The notes under the pieces are model-generated. The model saw only the letters and a program-made list of their open reading frames with translations, had not been told where the DNA came from and did not search any database. From positions 2,160,001-2,192,000 of the forward strand of contig NZ_CP036280.1 of NCBI RefSeq assembly GCF_007748075.1: a stretch of 32,000 nucleotides of DNA. The letters run 5' to 3'. Positions 8,513-16,647 of this stretch are shown here, one piece after another (the first letter of the stretch is position 1; each line of letters starts with the position of its first letter). The translations under genes and the position numbers were made by a program. This stretch comes from Mucisphaera calidilacus. Lineage in GTDB: Bacteria > Planctomycetota > Phycisphaerae > Phycisphaerales > Phycisphaeraceae.

Positions 8513-10296
8513 GGACCGACACGCACTTCGAGAACCACAGGCATCAGCAACAGCGCCGGCTCACGCTCAAGCTGCAACGCGCCCTGAAGAATCGTGGTCA
8601 CCCCAGACCAACGCTCGCCCAGCAACGCCTGCAGCACCACGCTCGAAAAGACATCCGACGAACGCACGCCAAACGCCTCCTTCATGAACTCCTGGAACGA
8701 CATCGGCTCGGGCATATCCAGTATCTCGAAGTCACCCTCGCCCAGGTCCAGCCGCTCGGCCATCTGAGCCACGGCCTCATCCAGACCGCCAACCCGATCC
8801 ACCATGCCGTTCTCGACGGCCTGACGACCCGTAAACAACCGCCCCTCGGCCACAGCCTCGACACGCGGCAGACGATCGCCTCGTCCCGCACGCACACGCT
8901 CGAGGAACTGCTCATAGACACGCTCCATGAACGCCATCATCGTGTGACGCTGTCCGGGCGTGAACGGCCGATCGCTCGCGAACATGTCCGCCATCGGCCC
9001 GCGTGAGCGAACCCGAACGCCGATGTCGAGCTTGTCATACATCCCGCCGAAGTGAATCTTGCCCGACACCACGCCGATCGAGCCCACGATCGACTCCGGC
9101 TCCACGTAGATCTGGTCGCCCGCCGAGGCGATGTAATACCCGCCGGACGCCGCCATGCTCCCCACACTGACAAACACCGGCTTCTCCTGCCCCGCCTCCC
9201 GAACCGCCTGCCAGATCACCTCACTCGCCAGCGCCGAACCGCCCGGCGAATCGATGCGCACGATCACACCCTTGACGTTCTCGTCGTGACGCGCGTCACG
9301 CAGCGCGTGCTGCATCGTGCGATGACCGATGCTGTCGTCCGAAAAAGCACCGTCCGACGTCGACGAATCGCCCATGTGGATCGCTCCCCGGGCGTGCACC
9401 ACGGCGATCTGAGGCCGGTCCGACTGACGCTTGGGCTGCTTGAAAAGCATCTGGAACAACGCGAACGGGTTGTCCGGCGCCTGCTGGACGTTCTGGCCCA
9501 GATACTTGTCCCACGAAAATCCCTTGGGGAAATGCTCAGCAAGCACCGCCGTCATGTCACGATCCGTCACCGCGTCCAGGATCCCGCGACGCACCAGCTG
9601 CCGGTCACTCAGCAGCCAGCTGTCACGCATCACCGCCTCGACCTGATCCACCGACAGCCCTCGACGCTCTGCGATCCCCTCGACGATCTGCGCATAAAGA
9701 TCATCCAGCAACCCGTCGATGTTCTCGTCCCAGAAAGGCGTCGGCTCGCGACGCGTCATCGACTCCGCCGCACCCTTGAAACGGCCGAGCTGCAGCAGGT
9801 CCGCCTCGACGCCGATCCGCTCCAGCAGCCCCGCGAGATAGATCTCCTCGCTCATCAGGCCCTGCAGCATCATCATGCCGTACTTCTGCATCACGATCAG
9901 GTCCGCCCGCGTCGCCAGCAGGTAACCGCCTGTCGAATAGGTCTCGGAGAACGCCACCACCGTCTTGCCCGCCTCACGCACGCGGTCCACCGCACGCCCC
10001 AGACGCTCGATCTGCTGCAGCGACAACGCCGGCGAATCGAGATAAACCACCAGACCCGCGTGGTCATCCGACCCCGCCACGAAGTCCAGCTGGGCCACCA
10101 CACCCTCCACCGACGGACCCGCCTCCGACTCACTCACCCACGCGAAGGGCACCGGACCCTCACGCAGCTGGCCGGAGATCTCCAGCCAACCCACAAGCCG
10201 ACCCGAATCCGCGGCAGGAGGCTCCGCATAACCGGTCCCCGGCACAGCAAACAACACGGCGAGCAGCACAACAATAAGACGTCGCATCAGTGACAT
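8509..10296 (-). CDS. sppA: Signal peptide peptidase SppA, 67K type (peptidase S49, two domains)
   Basis: N-terminal signal/anchor MRRLIVVLLAVLFAVPG. S49 catalytic context VGSMAASGGYYIASAGD. 595 aa with a duplicated S49 fold. RBS GAGAGGTGG lies upstream of ATG 10296. Confidence 0.9.
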   Translation of the reverse strand: MSLMRRLIVVLLAVLFAVPGTGYAEPPAADSGRLVGWLEISGQLREGPVPFAWVSESEAGPSVEGVVAQLDFVAGSDDHAGLVVYLDSPALSLQQIERLGRAVDRVREAGKTVVAFSETYSTGGYLLATRADLIVMQKYGMMMLQGLMSEEIYLAGLLERIGVEADLLQLGRFKGAAESMTRREPTPFWDENIDGLLDDLYAQIVEGIAERRGLSVDQVEAVMRDSWLLSDRQLVRRGILDAVTDRDMTAVLAEHFPKGFSWDKYLGQNVQQAPDNPFALFQMLFKQPKRQSDRPQIAVVHARGAIHMGDSSTSDGAFSDDSIGHRTMQHALRDARHDENVKGVIVRIDSPGGSALASEVIWQAVREAGQEKPVFVSVGSMAASGGYYIASAGDQIYVEPESIVGSIGVVSGKIHFGGMYDKLDIGVRVRSRGPMADMFASDRPFTPGQRHTMMAFMERVYEQFLERVRAGRGDRLPRVEAVAEGRLFTGRQAVENGMVDRVGGLDEAVAQMAERLDLGEGDFEILDMPEPMSFQEFMKEAFGVRSSDVFSSVVLQALLGERWSGVTTILQGALQLEREPALLLMPVVLEVRVGP

Positions 10297-10382
10297 GACA
10301 ATCCACCTCTCTTAAGGTCTACCTTAGGATATCGCTCCGATCACCCGCGGTTCTCCATTCGCACACATCACCCCCAAAAAAG

Positions 10383-11189
10383 ATGTCGTTACAGAAACTG
10401 AATCATCTCGACGACGACACCAAAAGGTCCGCCTACGCCTCCATCCTGCCCCATCGGGTCTTCGATCACCTCACCCGCGTCGATCCCGACCGCTTCCCGA
10501 CGCCCGAGATCAACCCCGAAACCTTCTACCTCGACGCCCGCCCGGGCTCCTACGAGGCCCGCCTCCGCGTCCCCGCTCACCGGATCGATGGCGACTACGC
10601 CCTCAGCCTCGACCTCGCCGACGCCGGCGGCGGGCAACTCGAGATCGGCTTCATGGTCATCAACGACCTCACCGCACGTCGCTACAACACCGACACCGAT
10701 GTCGACGGACGCATGACCCTCCTCGGCACCGCGGGACGAAACCGCGCTGAGGAAATCGCCGCCCTCAAGGCCGGCCTCGGACCCAGTCAGGTCCGCAAGG
10801 GACTCGGCCTCTTCGCCGAACTCCTCCCCCTCCTTGAAACCCTCGGCAAAAAACTGGGCTACTACGGCATCGTCCTCGAACCCCTGACCTATCACAACGC
10901 CGTCTGGTACGAGAACCACGGCTTCGCCTACATCTCCGGCCGAAAACGCATGCTCGAAATCGACCGCGCCTTCGCGCCAGGCGGCACGCTCTACCACGCC
11001 CTCGACGGCTCACCCTTCCGCCAGCAACGCTTCGCTCGACGACCACGCGGACGATCATGGGCCATCCACGACGGCATCCTCTCCCACCTCGATAACGACG
11101 AACGCATGCACCTCGAAATGGTCAAGGTCATCGGGACCACCACCCACCAGGAAACCTTCCTCACCACCTGGAACGCGAGCGACGGCTAA
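10383..11189 (+). CDS. Hypothetical protein with a GNAT-like acetyl-CoA-binding motif
   Basis: QVRKGLGLF (R/Q-x-x-G-x-G/A type) is followed by YENHGFAY. No other motif was recognised. Codon usage matches the neighbouring genes. Confidence 0.45.
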   Translation: MSLQKLNHLDDDTKRSAYASILPHRVFDHLTRVDPDRFPTPEINPETFYLDARPGSYEARLRVPAHRIDGDYALSLDLADAGGGQLEIGFMVINDLTARRYNTDTDVDGRMTLLGTAGRNRAEEIAALKAGLGPSQVRKGLGLFAELLPLLETLGKKLGYYGIVLEPLTYHNAVWYENHGFAYISGRKRMLEIDRAFAPGGTLYHALDGSPFRQQRFARRPRGRSWAIHDGILSHLDNDERMHLEMVKVIGTTTHQETFLTTWNASDG

Positions 11190-12124
11190 TCCGGCATGGC
11201 CTCCAGCCGACCGAACGTCACGTTCAACTCGCTCATCGCGCTGAGCATCAGCACCAGCCCGTCCTCAAAAATCGCCGCGCCCTCCAACTCGTCACGCGGT
11301 TCCTCAAGGTCGATCGAGGCGTAACCCCGCAGGTCATCGGATGCGTCCAGCCGCACAAACGTCAACCTGTAAAGCAGCCCCGGCTCTCGGTTCTGCACCA
11401 GCACCAGCCGCTCACTCGGCCCGTGCCAGTGCACCGTCTGCACAAACGGCCCGCAAGGCATCGCATCCACCAGCACCCCCGACTCCGCCGTTGACGAGGC
11501 CTCAGCCAGACGCACGGGGTCATACAGGCGCAGCTGGTTGCCCGCGTCGCCATAGTCCGACGTCGCGATCATCCAGCGACCGTCAACCCGCACGAACTCG
11601 GGCCGGCAGCCGTTGACCGCCACCTCGTCACGCGTCGTGTTCAGAATCGCTCGATCCAGATTCCCGTCGGCCAGCGCACGCTCCCAGTCAACATGAAAGA
11701 TCGTCCCCCGCCGGTTCACCGTGTTGCCCAGGAACACGCCATACTCAGGATGACGCGTCAAACCCGTCGGGTGCGGCGCCACATCCTCCCCACCCGCCGT
11801 CAGCACTATCTCACGCCCCGTGAAACGCACGTGCACTACCGGCTCCCGCTCCAGCGCGTACTCGCGGATCACACCCCGCTCCGAATCACGACGCCAGCGA
11901 TCGCCATACAGGTAAACCTTGTCGCCGAACACCGCCACACCCTGCCCGGCACCCACACCCTCAACCGTCTGCCGACCCAGCAGACGCATCTCCGTCACGA
12001 ACGAATCCGCGACCGGACCCGTCATCGAAGCTTCCCCCGACACGCAACCCGCAGCGAGCACCAGCGACGCGGTCATGATCAACACTCCCATCAACCTGCT
12101 CACTGCTTTCATCGCCTGCCTCAT
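11186..12124 (-). CDS. Hypothetical lipoprotein (beta-rich, possibly propeller-like)
   Basis: Signal peptide with lipobox LVLAAGC. RBS TAAGGA lies 8 nt upstream of ATG 12124. Its stop codon overlaps the stop of the convergent gene (CTAA at 11186-11189). Confidence 0.6.
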   Translation of the reverse strand: MRQAMKAVSRLMGVLIMTASLVLAAGCVSGEASMTGPVADSFVTEMRLLGRQTVEGVGAGQGVAVFGDKVYLYGDRWRRDSERGVIREYALEREPVVHVRFTGREIVLTAGGEDVAPHPTGLTRHPEYGVFLGNTVNRRGTIFHVDWERALADGNLDRAILNTTRDEVAVNGCRPEFVRVDGRWMIATSDYGDAGNQLRLYDPVRLAEASSTAESGVLVDAMPCGPFVQTVHWHGPSERLVLVQNREPGLLYRLTFVRLDASDDLRGYASIDLEEPRDELEGAAIFEDGLVLMLSAMSELNVTFGRLEAMPD

Positions 12125-12167
12125 CGCCGAATCCTTACTAGGAATGCGCTAGTTCAACATCCACACG

Positions 12168-12191
12168 AAAAAACCGCCCCTCGCGAGGCGG
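12168..12191 (-). terminator. Rho-independent terminator (minus strand) after the methyltransferase gene
   Basis: The minus strand reads CCGCCUC-GCGA-GGGGCGG, a 7-bp stem with a GNRA tetraloop, followed by UUUUUU. Confidence 0.8.
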
Positions 12192-12228
12192 TCAGGATAA
12201 CCACAACCATGTGAAGATTCGGTAAGCG

Positions 12229-12882
12229 TTACCGCATGTACGCCGGCAACTGTCGATGCACCCGGATGATGTCATCCGAGACCGTCATCGTGTAACCCGG
12301 GCGGATCTTCCCGATCGTCGTGTTCAGCGCATCAAGCGTCGGATAGCCGTTCTTACCCTTGAACAGCCGCGCGTCATCGATCAGCGCCACGTGCTCAAAA
12401 CGCTCATCACTCAGAACCGATTCGAGCTCCTGGCTGATCGGCGTGTCAATATCCCCACGCGCCGTCAGGCCCTGGGAGTAGTGCCCGTCCAGCCAGAACA
12501 GCGTCGCACGCGTCAGACCCGCCACGATCCCGGGCAACACCTTGCCCGAATCGCCATGCACAATCGTTACGCCCGCGTCGCCATCAAACCGACGCGACGC
12601 CAGCTTGAAATAGTGATCGCTCAGCTCGATCGACGTCAGCGACTCGAACTGCTCACGCACCCCCGCCAGCGTGTTACCCTCGTGGGTCCCCGTCTCGATC
12701 AGATCCTTCAGGCCGAAGCGGTTCGCGTACTCACGCAACGCCATCCACTTCACCACAGGCGGCGGCGGGTTACGCTTGCCCTTCTGCATCCACCACCAGA
12801 ACGACCGAAAGTCCTCCAGACCCGGCCCCACCGCAAAACGGGCCGCTGCGACCCCCGTCGTCTTGACCATGCTGCGAATCAT
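12229..12882 (-). CDS. Class I SAM-dependent methyltransferase
   Basis: SAM-binding strand/loop LIETGTHEGNT, with TSIELS, VHGDS and WLDGHY downstream. The start is placed at ATG 12882 because AGGGAG lies 7 nt upstream. The track ORF extends to 12966. Confidence 0.75.
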   Translation of the reverse strand: MIRSMVKTTGVAAARFAVGPGLEDFRSFWWWMQKGKRNPPPPVVKWMALREYANRFGLKDLIETGTHEGNTLAGVREQFESLTSIELSDHYFKLASRRFDGDAGVTIVHGDSGKVLPGIVAGLTRATLFWLDGHYSQGLTARGDIDTPISQELESVLSDERFEHVALIDDARLFKGKNGYPTLDALNTTIGKIRPGYTMTVSDDIIRVHRQLPAYMR

Positions 12883-12979
12883 CGGCAACTCCCTGGTTTC
12901 ACGATGTTCCCTACATCGGTCATCCGACACGACCGCTTCATCCCGTCCCGCCGGCAATCTCCACACACCGTCTGATAAG

Positions 12980-13849
12980 TCAGTGACGCTGACGACGCAG
13001 CCAGCGGTAGACCACCAGACCGGTCAGCAACACGATCCCCGCCCAGACCGAACCCGGCAGCGGGATCACCACCGGCTCCGCGCCCGCCGCGTACACGGAA
13101 ACGCGCTCAATCACCCCGAGCGACTCCGGCCCCAGCAACGCCGACAGACGCGTGTCCATCGACACATAGCCAACCCGGCCATCCCCAATCTCACCCACAA
13201 CCACGCCCGACCAGCCACGGTCCGCATAAACCGAGATCAGCCCGGCTTCGTCAACACGCCACGGCTTGACCAACCCCGACGGATCCACCGCCACCTCGGC
13301 CGGACCGCCACCGAGCACGCCATCAGCCACCAGCGTCGTCGTCGCTACCCCCGTCTCACGAACCGGACCGAGCGACCAGCCGAACACGCGGTCCAGCAAG
13401 GACACGCCGCCCGACGAACCACGCCCCATGACCAGCAGCCCGCCACCCGTCTCAACATAACGCGCCAGCAGGTCACGCCCGCCCGGACGCAACCCGCCAC
13501 CCAGACGCTCGTCATCAAGCTGCGCAATAACCATCAGGTCGACCGTCGCCAGCACATCCTCCAGCACACCCGTCGCCAGCGAAGGCACCAGCACCACCGC
13601 GTCACCCGGGTCAGCCACCGCAATCACCACAGGCGACCCGTACACCGACACCTCGCTGAGACCCGCAACCCCCGCGATACCGACCGTCTTGCCGGAAACC
13701 CGCGCACATAGCAGCAGAAGCGCCATCACCACAATGACACGCCACCCACCACGCAACTCGGTTACCGCTCCGGGCCGAAGCATCAGCCGTCCTCTCGACA
13801 CGCCGAAATACCGGCGTTCTACAACTGATGTCGACCCCCTCGGGACCAC
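12980..13849 (-). CDS. Secreted/anchored hypothetical protein with a GATase1/ThuA-like core and a VPLPA/PEP-CTERM-like C-terminal sorting tail
   Basis: The N-terminal hydrophobic segment VIVVMALLLLCARVSG suggests the real start may be the M at 13783. The core contains LLARYVETGGGLLVMG. The C-terminus is IPLPGSVWAGIVLLTGLVVYRWLRRQRH, that is motif, then TM, then Arg cluster. Confidence 0.55.
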   Translation of the reverse strand: MVPRGSTSVVERRYFGVSRGRLMLRPGAVTELRGGWRVIVVMALLLLCARVSGKTVGIAGVAGLSEVSVYGSPVVIAVADPGDAVVLVPSLATGVLEDVLATVDLMVIAQLDDERLGGGLRPGGRDLLARYVETGGGLLVMGRGSSGGVSLLDRVFGWSLGPVRETGVATTTLVADGVLGGGPAEVAVDPSGLVKPWRVDEAGLISVYADRGWSGVVVGEIGDGRVGYVSMDTRLSALLGPESLGVIERVSVYAAGAEPVVIPLPGSVWAGIVLLTGLVVYRWLRRQRH

Positions 13850-13852
13850 GCT

Positions 13853-14809
13853 TTATCGCCGACGCGGCTGAACCGCCCAACGCATCTTGTACGACAGCAT
13901 CGTCCAATAATTGTGGTCCGGGTTGTGGATCAGACGCACCCGCGACGGATGACTCCGAACCAGAACCTGCTGCCCCTCCGCGAGCCGCGACGAGTGCTGA
14001 CCGTCGATCACCAGCGTCGTCCCCTCGTTGGAACGCAGCATCTCCACCCACACGTCACAACGCGACTGAAACACGATCGGGCGGAACGCCAGCGAGTGCG
14101 GCGCCAACGCCGAGATCACCAGCCCGTCGATCCCCGGCGAAACGATCGGACCGCCCGCCGAGAGGTTGTACGCCGTCGATCCCGAAGGCGTCGCGATGAT
14201 CACCCCGTCACCCGTAAAACGCACCGCCGACTGCTGCGAACGCTCCGGCTCGATCGCCAGGTCCAGATCAATCATCCGATAAGGCGGCCCCGCCGTGATC
14301 ACCACGTCATTCATCGCCGTGCACCGGAATACCGGCTCAGGCATCGGGTCGTCACCGCCCTCGCTCCCCCACCGCGGCGCACCCTCCGGAAAAACCATCG
14401 CCTCGATCATCAGCCGACGACTCACACGGCACCCGCCCGCAATCAGACGCTCCCAGTGGTGCTGCACGTCCTCGATCGTGAACTCAGCCAGGAAACCCAG
14501 CTTCCCGAAGTTGATGCCCAGCAGCGGCACGTCAGCGTTCACCAGATGACGCGCCTGCGCCAGCATCGTCCCGTCGCCCCCCAGCACAATCCCCAGGTCA
14601 GCCTCCGGCAGACCCGACGCCACCTCAGGCGACATCGTCGTGATGTCCGGCTCCGCCACGATCTCGCCACGCTCCAGCAGCCACGGCCGAAACGCCGCCA
14701 AAGCCGACACCACCTCTTCCTTCGCGAGGTTCGCCAGAATGATCACACGCGGACGCTCGGGGAGCGACTGATAACGCTCATCGTTTCGCATCTGGTCATC
14801 ACACGACAT
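13853..14809 (-). CDS. nadK: NAD(+) kinase
   Basis: Contains the hallmark NAD kinase motifs GGDGTML and TPSGSTAYNLSAGGPIV. Confidence 0.9.
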   Translation of the reverse strand: MSCDDQMRNDERYQSLPERPRVIILANLAKEEVVSALAAFRPWLLERGEIVAEPDITTMSPEVASGLPEADLGIVLGGDGTMLAQARHLVNADVPLLGINFGKLGFLAEFTIEDVQHHWERLIAGGCRVSRRLMIEAMVFPEGAPRWGSEGGDDPMPEPVFRCTAMNDVVITAGPPYRMIDLDLAIEPERSQQSAVRFTGDGVIIATPSGSTAYNLSAGGPIVSPGIDGLVISALAPHSLAFRPIVFQSRCDVWVEMLRSNEGTTLVIDGQHSSRLAEGQQVLVRSHPSRVRLIHNPDHNYWTMLSYKMRWAVQPRRR

Positions 14810-14881
14810 GGCAACAGTCTACGCGGAGTCGCAACACAACATTCATCGGACACCCACACGCATTCAACCGATAAGAAACCC

Positions 14882-15859
14882 ATGCGCGCACTCGTCATCG
14901 ACAAAGACGGCTCACTCCGCCTACGCGAAGACTTCCCGAAACCCAAGCCCGGCCCCGGCGAGGTCCTGCTCAAGCCTCGCGTCATGGGGGTCTGCTCCAC
15001 CGACCTCGAGCTCGCCAAGGGCTACATGGGCTTCCAGGGCGTGCTCGGGCACGAATTCGTCGCCGACGTCATCGAGGCCGCCGATGACGCCGGACAGCCC
15101 TGGCTGGGCAAACGCGTCGTCGGCGAGATCAACGCCGTCTGCGGCGCCTGCGACCTCTGCCTCAAGGGCCTCCGCGAACACTGCCGACAACGAACCGTCC
15201 TTGGCATCCTCGGACGCGACGGCGCCTTCGCCGAAGCCTTCACTCTCCCCGCCGCCAACCTCCACGAAGTCCCCGATCACGTCTCCGACGACGAGGCCGT
15301 CTTCACCGAACCCCTCGCCGCCGCCTTCCAGATCGTCCGACAACTCACCATCGAGGGCCGGCCCTACGTCACCGTCCTGGGCGACGGACGACTCGGACTG
15401 CTCTGCGCCCAGGTCCTTGGCCAACTCAACGCCACCGTACGCGTCGTCGGCAAACACGCCGAAAAACTCGAACGCGCAGAGAAGTGGAACATCAAGCACC
15501 GACTCCTCGCCGACGTCGGCATGCGCCGCGACCAGGACATCGTCATCGACGCCACCGGCTCGCCCACCGGGCTCCCCACCGCACTCGGCATGGTCCGCCC
15601 CCGAGGCAGCATCGTCCTCAAAACCACCGTCGCCGAACGCGCCTACGAAAAACCCATCGACCTCTCACCCATCGTCATCGACGAGATCACCGTCATGGGC
15701 AGCCGCTGCGGACCCTTCGCCGTCGCGCTCGAAGCCCTCGCACGCAACGACGTTGACGTCCTCTCCATGATCTCCCGACGCGGCCAACTCGCCGCCGGCC
15801 CCGAACTCCTCGCCACCGCATCCCAACGCGACGTCATCAAAGTCCTCGTCACCCCCTGA
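14882..15859 (+). CDS. Zinc-binding medium-chain alcohol dehydrogenase family protein
   Basis: Starts MRALVIDKDG. Catalytic Zn ligands lie in GVCSTD and GHEF. Structural Zn cluster CGACDLCLKGLREHC. Rossmann motif GDGRLG. The track ORF (13913..) is trimmed because its N-terminal part is antisense to nadK. Confidence 0.85.
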   Translation: MRALVIDKDGSLRLREDFPKPKPGPGEVLLKPRVMGVCSTDLELAKGYMGFQGVLGHEFVADVIEAADDAGQPWLGKRVVGEINAVCGACDLCLKGLREHCRQRTVLGILGRDGAFAEAFTLPAANLHEVPDHVSDDEAVFTEPLAAAFQIVRQLTIEGRPYVTVLGDGRLGLLCAQVLGQLNATVRVVGKHAEKLERAEKWNIKHRLLADVGMRRDQDIVIDATGSPTGLPTALGMVRPRGSIVLKTTVAERAYEKPIDLSPIVIDEITVMGSRCGPFAVALEALARNDVDVLSMISRRGQLAAGPELLATASQRDVIKVLVTP

Positions 15860-15863
15860 CCAG

Positions 15864-15906
15864 CAAGACCCGCGTTGCCCCGTCGGCACAAGCCCGCGTT
15901 GCCCCC
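15864..15906. repeat. Two direct repeats CAAG(A)CCCGCGTTGCCCC immediately upstream of the antitoxin promoter
   Basis: Copies lie at 15864-15881 and 15889-15906. The 13-nt core cccgcgttgcccc is identical in both. Confidence 0.7.
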
Positions 15907-15945
15907 TTGACCGTAAATCATATTTCAATATGATTTAAATATGAT
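15907..15945 (+). promoter_or_regulatory. Putative promoter plus palindromic operator of the Phd/YefM gene
   Basis: TTGACC (15907-15912), a 16-nt spacer, then TATGAT (15929-15934). Inverted repeat AAATCATAT (15915-15923) / ATATGATTT (15928-15936). A third half-site ATATGAT (15939-15945) overlaps the ATG. This is an AT-rich patch in a GC-rich genome. Confidence 0.45.
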
Positions 15946-16177
15946 CCAGCCCGCTGACATCCACCCCGTCACCAGCTTCATCCGCGACCACCGCACCCAC
16001 ATGAAACGACTCGCCGAAACCGGCCGGCCCGAGGTCCTCACCCTCAATGGCAAAGCCAGCATCGTCATTCAGGATGCCGCCGCCTACCAGAAACTCCTCG
16101 AACAGCTCGACGAGCTCGACGTCGTCCGCATCCTCCACGTCCGCCACAGCGCACAGGACGAGCTCGCAGACCCGTAA
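15941..16177 (+). CDS. Type II toxin-antitoxin system Phd/YefM family antitoxin (no cognate toxin gene adjacent)
   Basis: The 78-aa sequence pattern VTSFIRDHRTHMKRLAETGRPEVLTLNGKASIVIQDAAAYQKLLEQLDELD is typical of Phd/YefM antitoxins. Confidence 0.8.
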   Translation: MIQPADIHPVTSFIRDHRTHMKRLAETGRPEVLTLNGKASIVIQDAAAYQKLLEQLDELDVVRILHVRHSAQDELADP

Positions 16178-16180
16178 ACC

Positions 16181-16573
16181 TCACCGCCCCGGCATGAACC
16201 GAATCAACCCGCCCTCCGCATCCATCACATATAGCGAATGACCGCCAGGCGTCTGCATCCCTGCCCCATCCTCATAAGCAATCAGGTGTCTCAGAAAGAC
16301 GGTGTAGGCGCCATCGTCCCGCCTCTCGATCTCATACAGGTAATCCACCGGCCGCCAGTTCGCCTCCCGCCGCTCCTCCGCCAGACGCTGAACCGCCGCC
16401 AGCACCACACGCTCTTCCGCGCTCAACGCCCGATCCTCACCAGGCAGCCAACGCCAAGCCGGCTCCGTGTACACCTCCCCCACAGGCTCCGCCTCCGCCT
16501 GCACCACCTCCCCCGTCTCGCCACAGCCAACCAACACCACCACCATCAACACCAGACATGACCATCGCATCAC
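16181..16573 (-). CDS. Hypothetical lipoprotein
   Basis: Signal peptide with lipobox MMRWSCLVLMVVVLVGC. No other motif was recognised. Confidence 0.55.
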   Translation of the reverse strand: MMRWSCLVLMVVVLVGCGETGEVVQAEAEPVGEVYTEPAWRWLPGEDRALSAEERVVLAAVQRLAEERREANWRPVDYLYEIERRDDGAYTVFLRHLIAYEDGAGMQTPGGHSLYVMDAEGGLIRFMPGR

Positions 16574-16647
16574 CAGTCTCCTGCGCCATCAACGGCTACA
16601 CCTCTGACGCTCCACCCGGCACAGAGTTCCACCGAATCAATAGAATC

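Noticed and set aside
6652-8587. Long ORFs in other frames and strands across the tandem repeat (224-aa RGL-rich, 339-aa, 260-aa and 630-aa PR-rich).
   Set aside because: These are shadow frames of a periodic, stop-poor repeat. Only the 6820 frame has an SD, a sensible start and a terminator. The 630-aa frame also runs antisense through ispD.
12883-12966. A 28-codon N-terminal extension of the methyltransferase ORF.
   Set aside because: The internal ATG at 12882 is preceded by AGGGAG at ideal spacing, and the extension has no SD. It is kept as an alternative start only.
13913-14881. N-terminal 323 codons of the 648-aa ORF that ends as the alcohol dehydrogenase.
   Set aside because: This stretch is Arg/Pro/His-rich nonsense antisense to nadK. 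The ADH fold begins at MRALVIDKDG (14882).
16181-16573. The 130-aa gene next to the Phd/YefM antitoxin as its missing toxin.
   Set aside because: It lies on the opposite strand in convergent orientation. It carries a lipoprotein signal peptide (LVGC lipobox) and bears no resemblance to Doc, YoeB, RelE or ParE.
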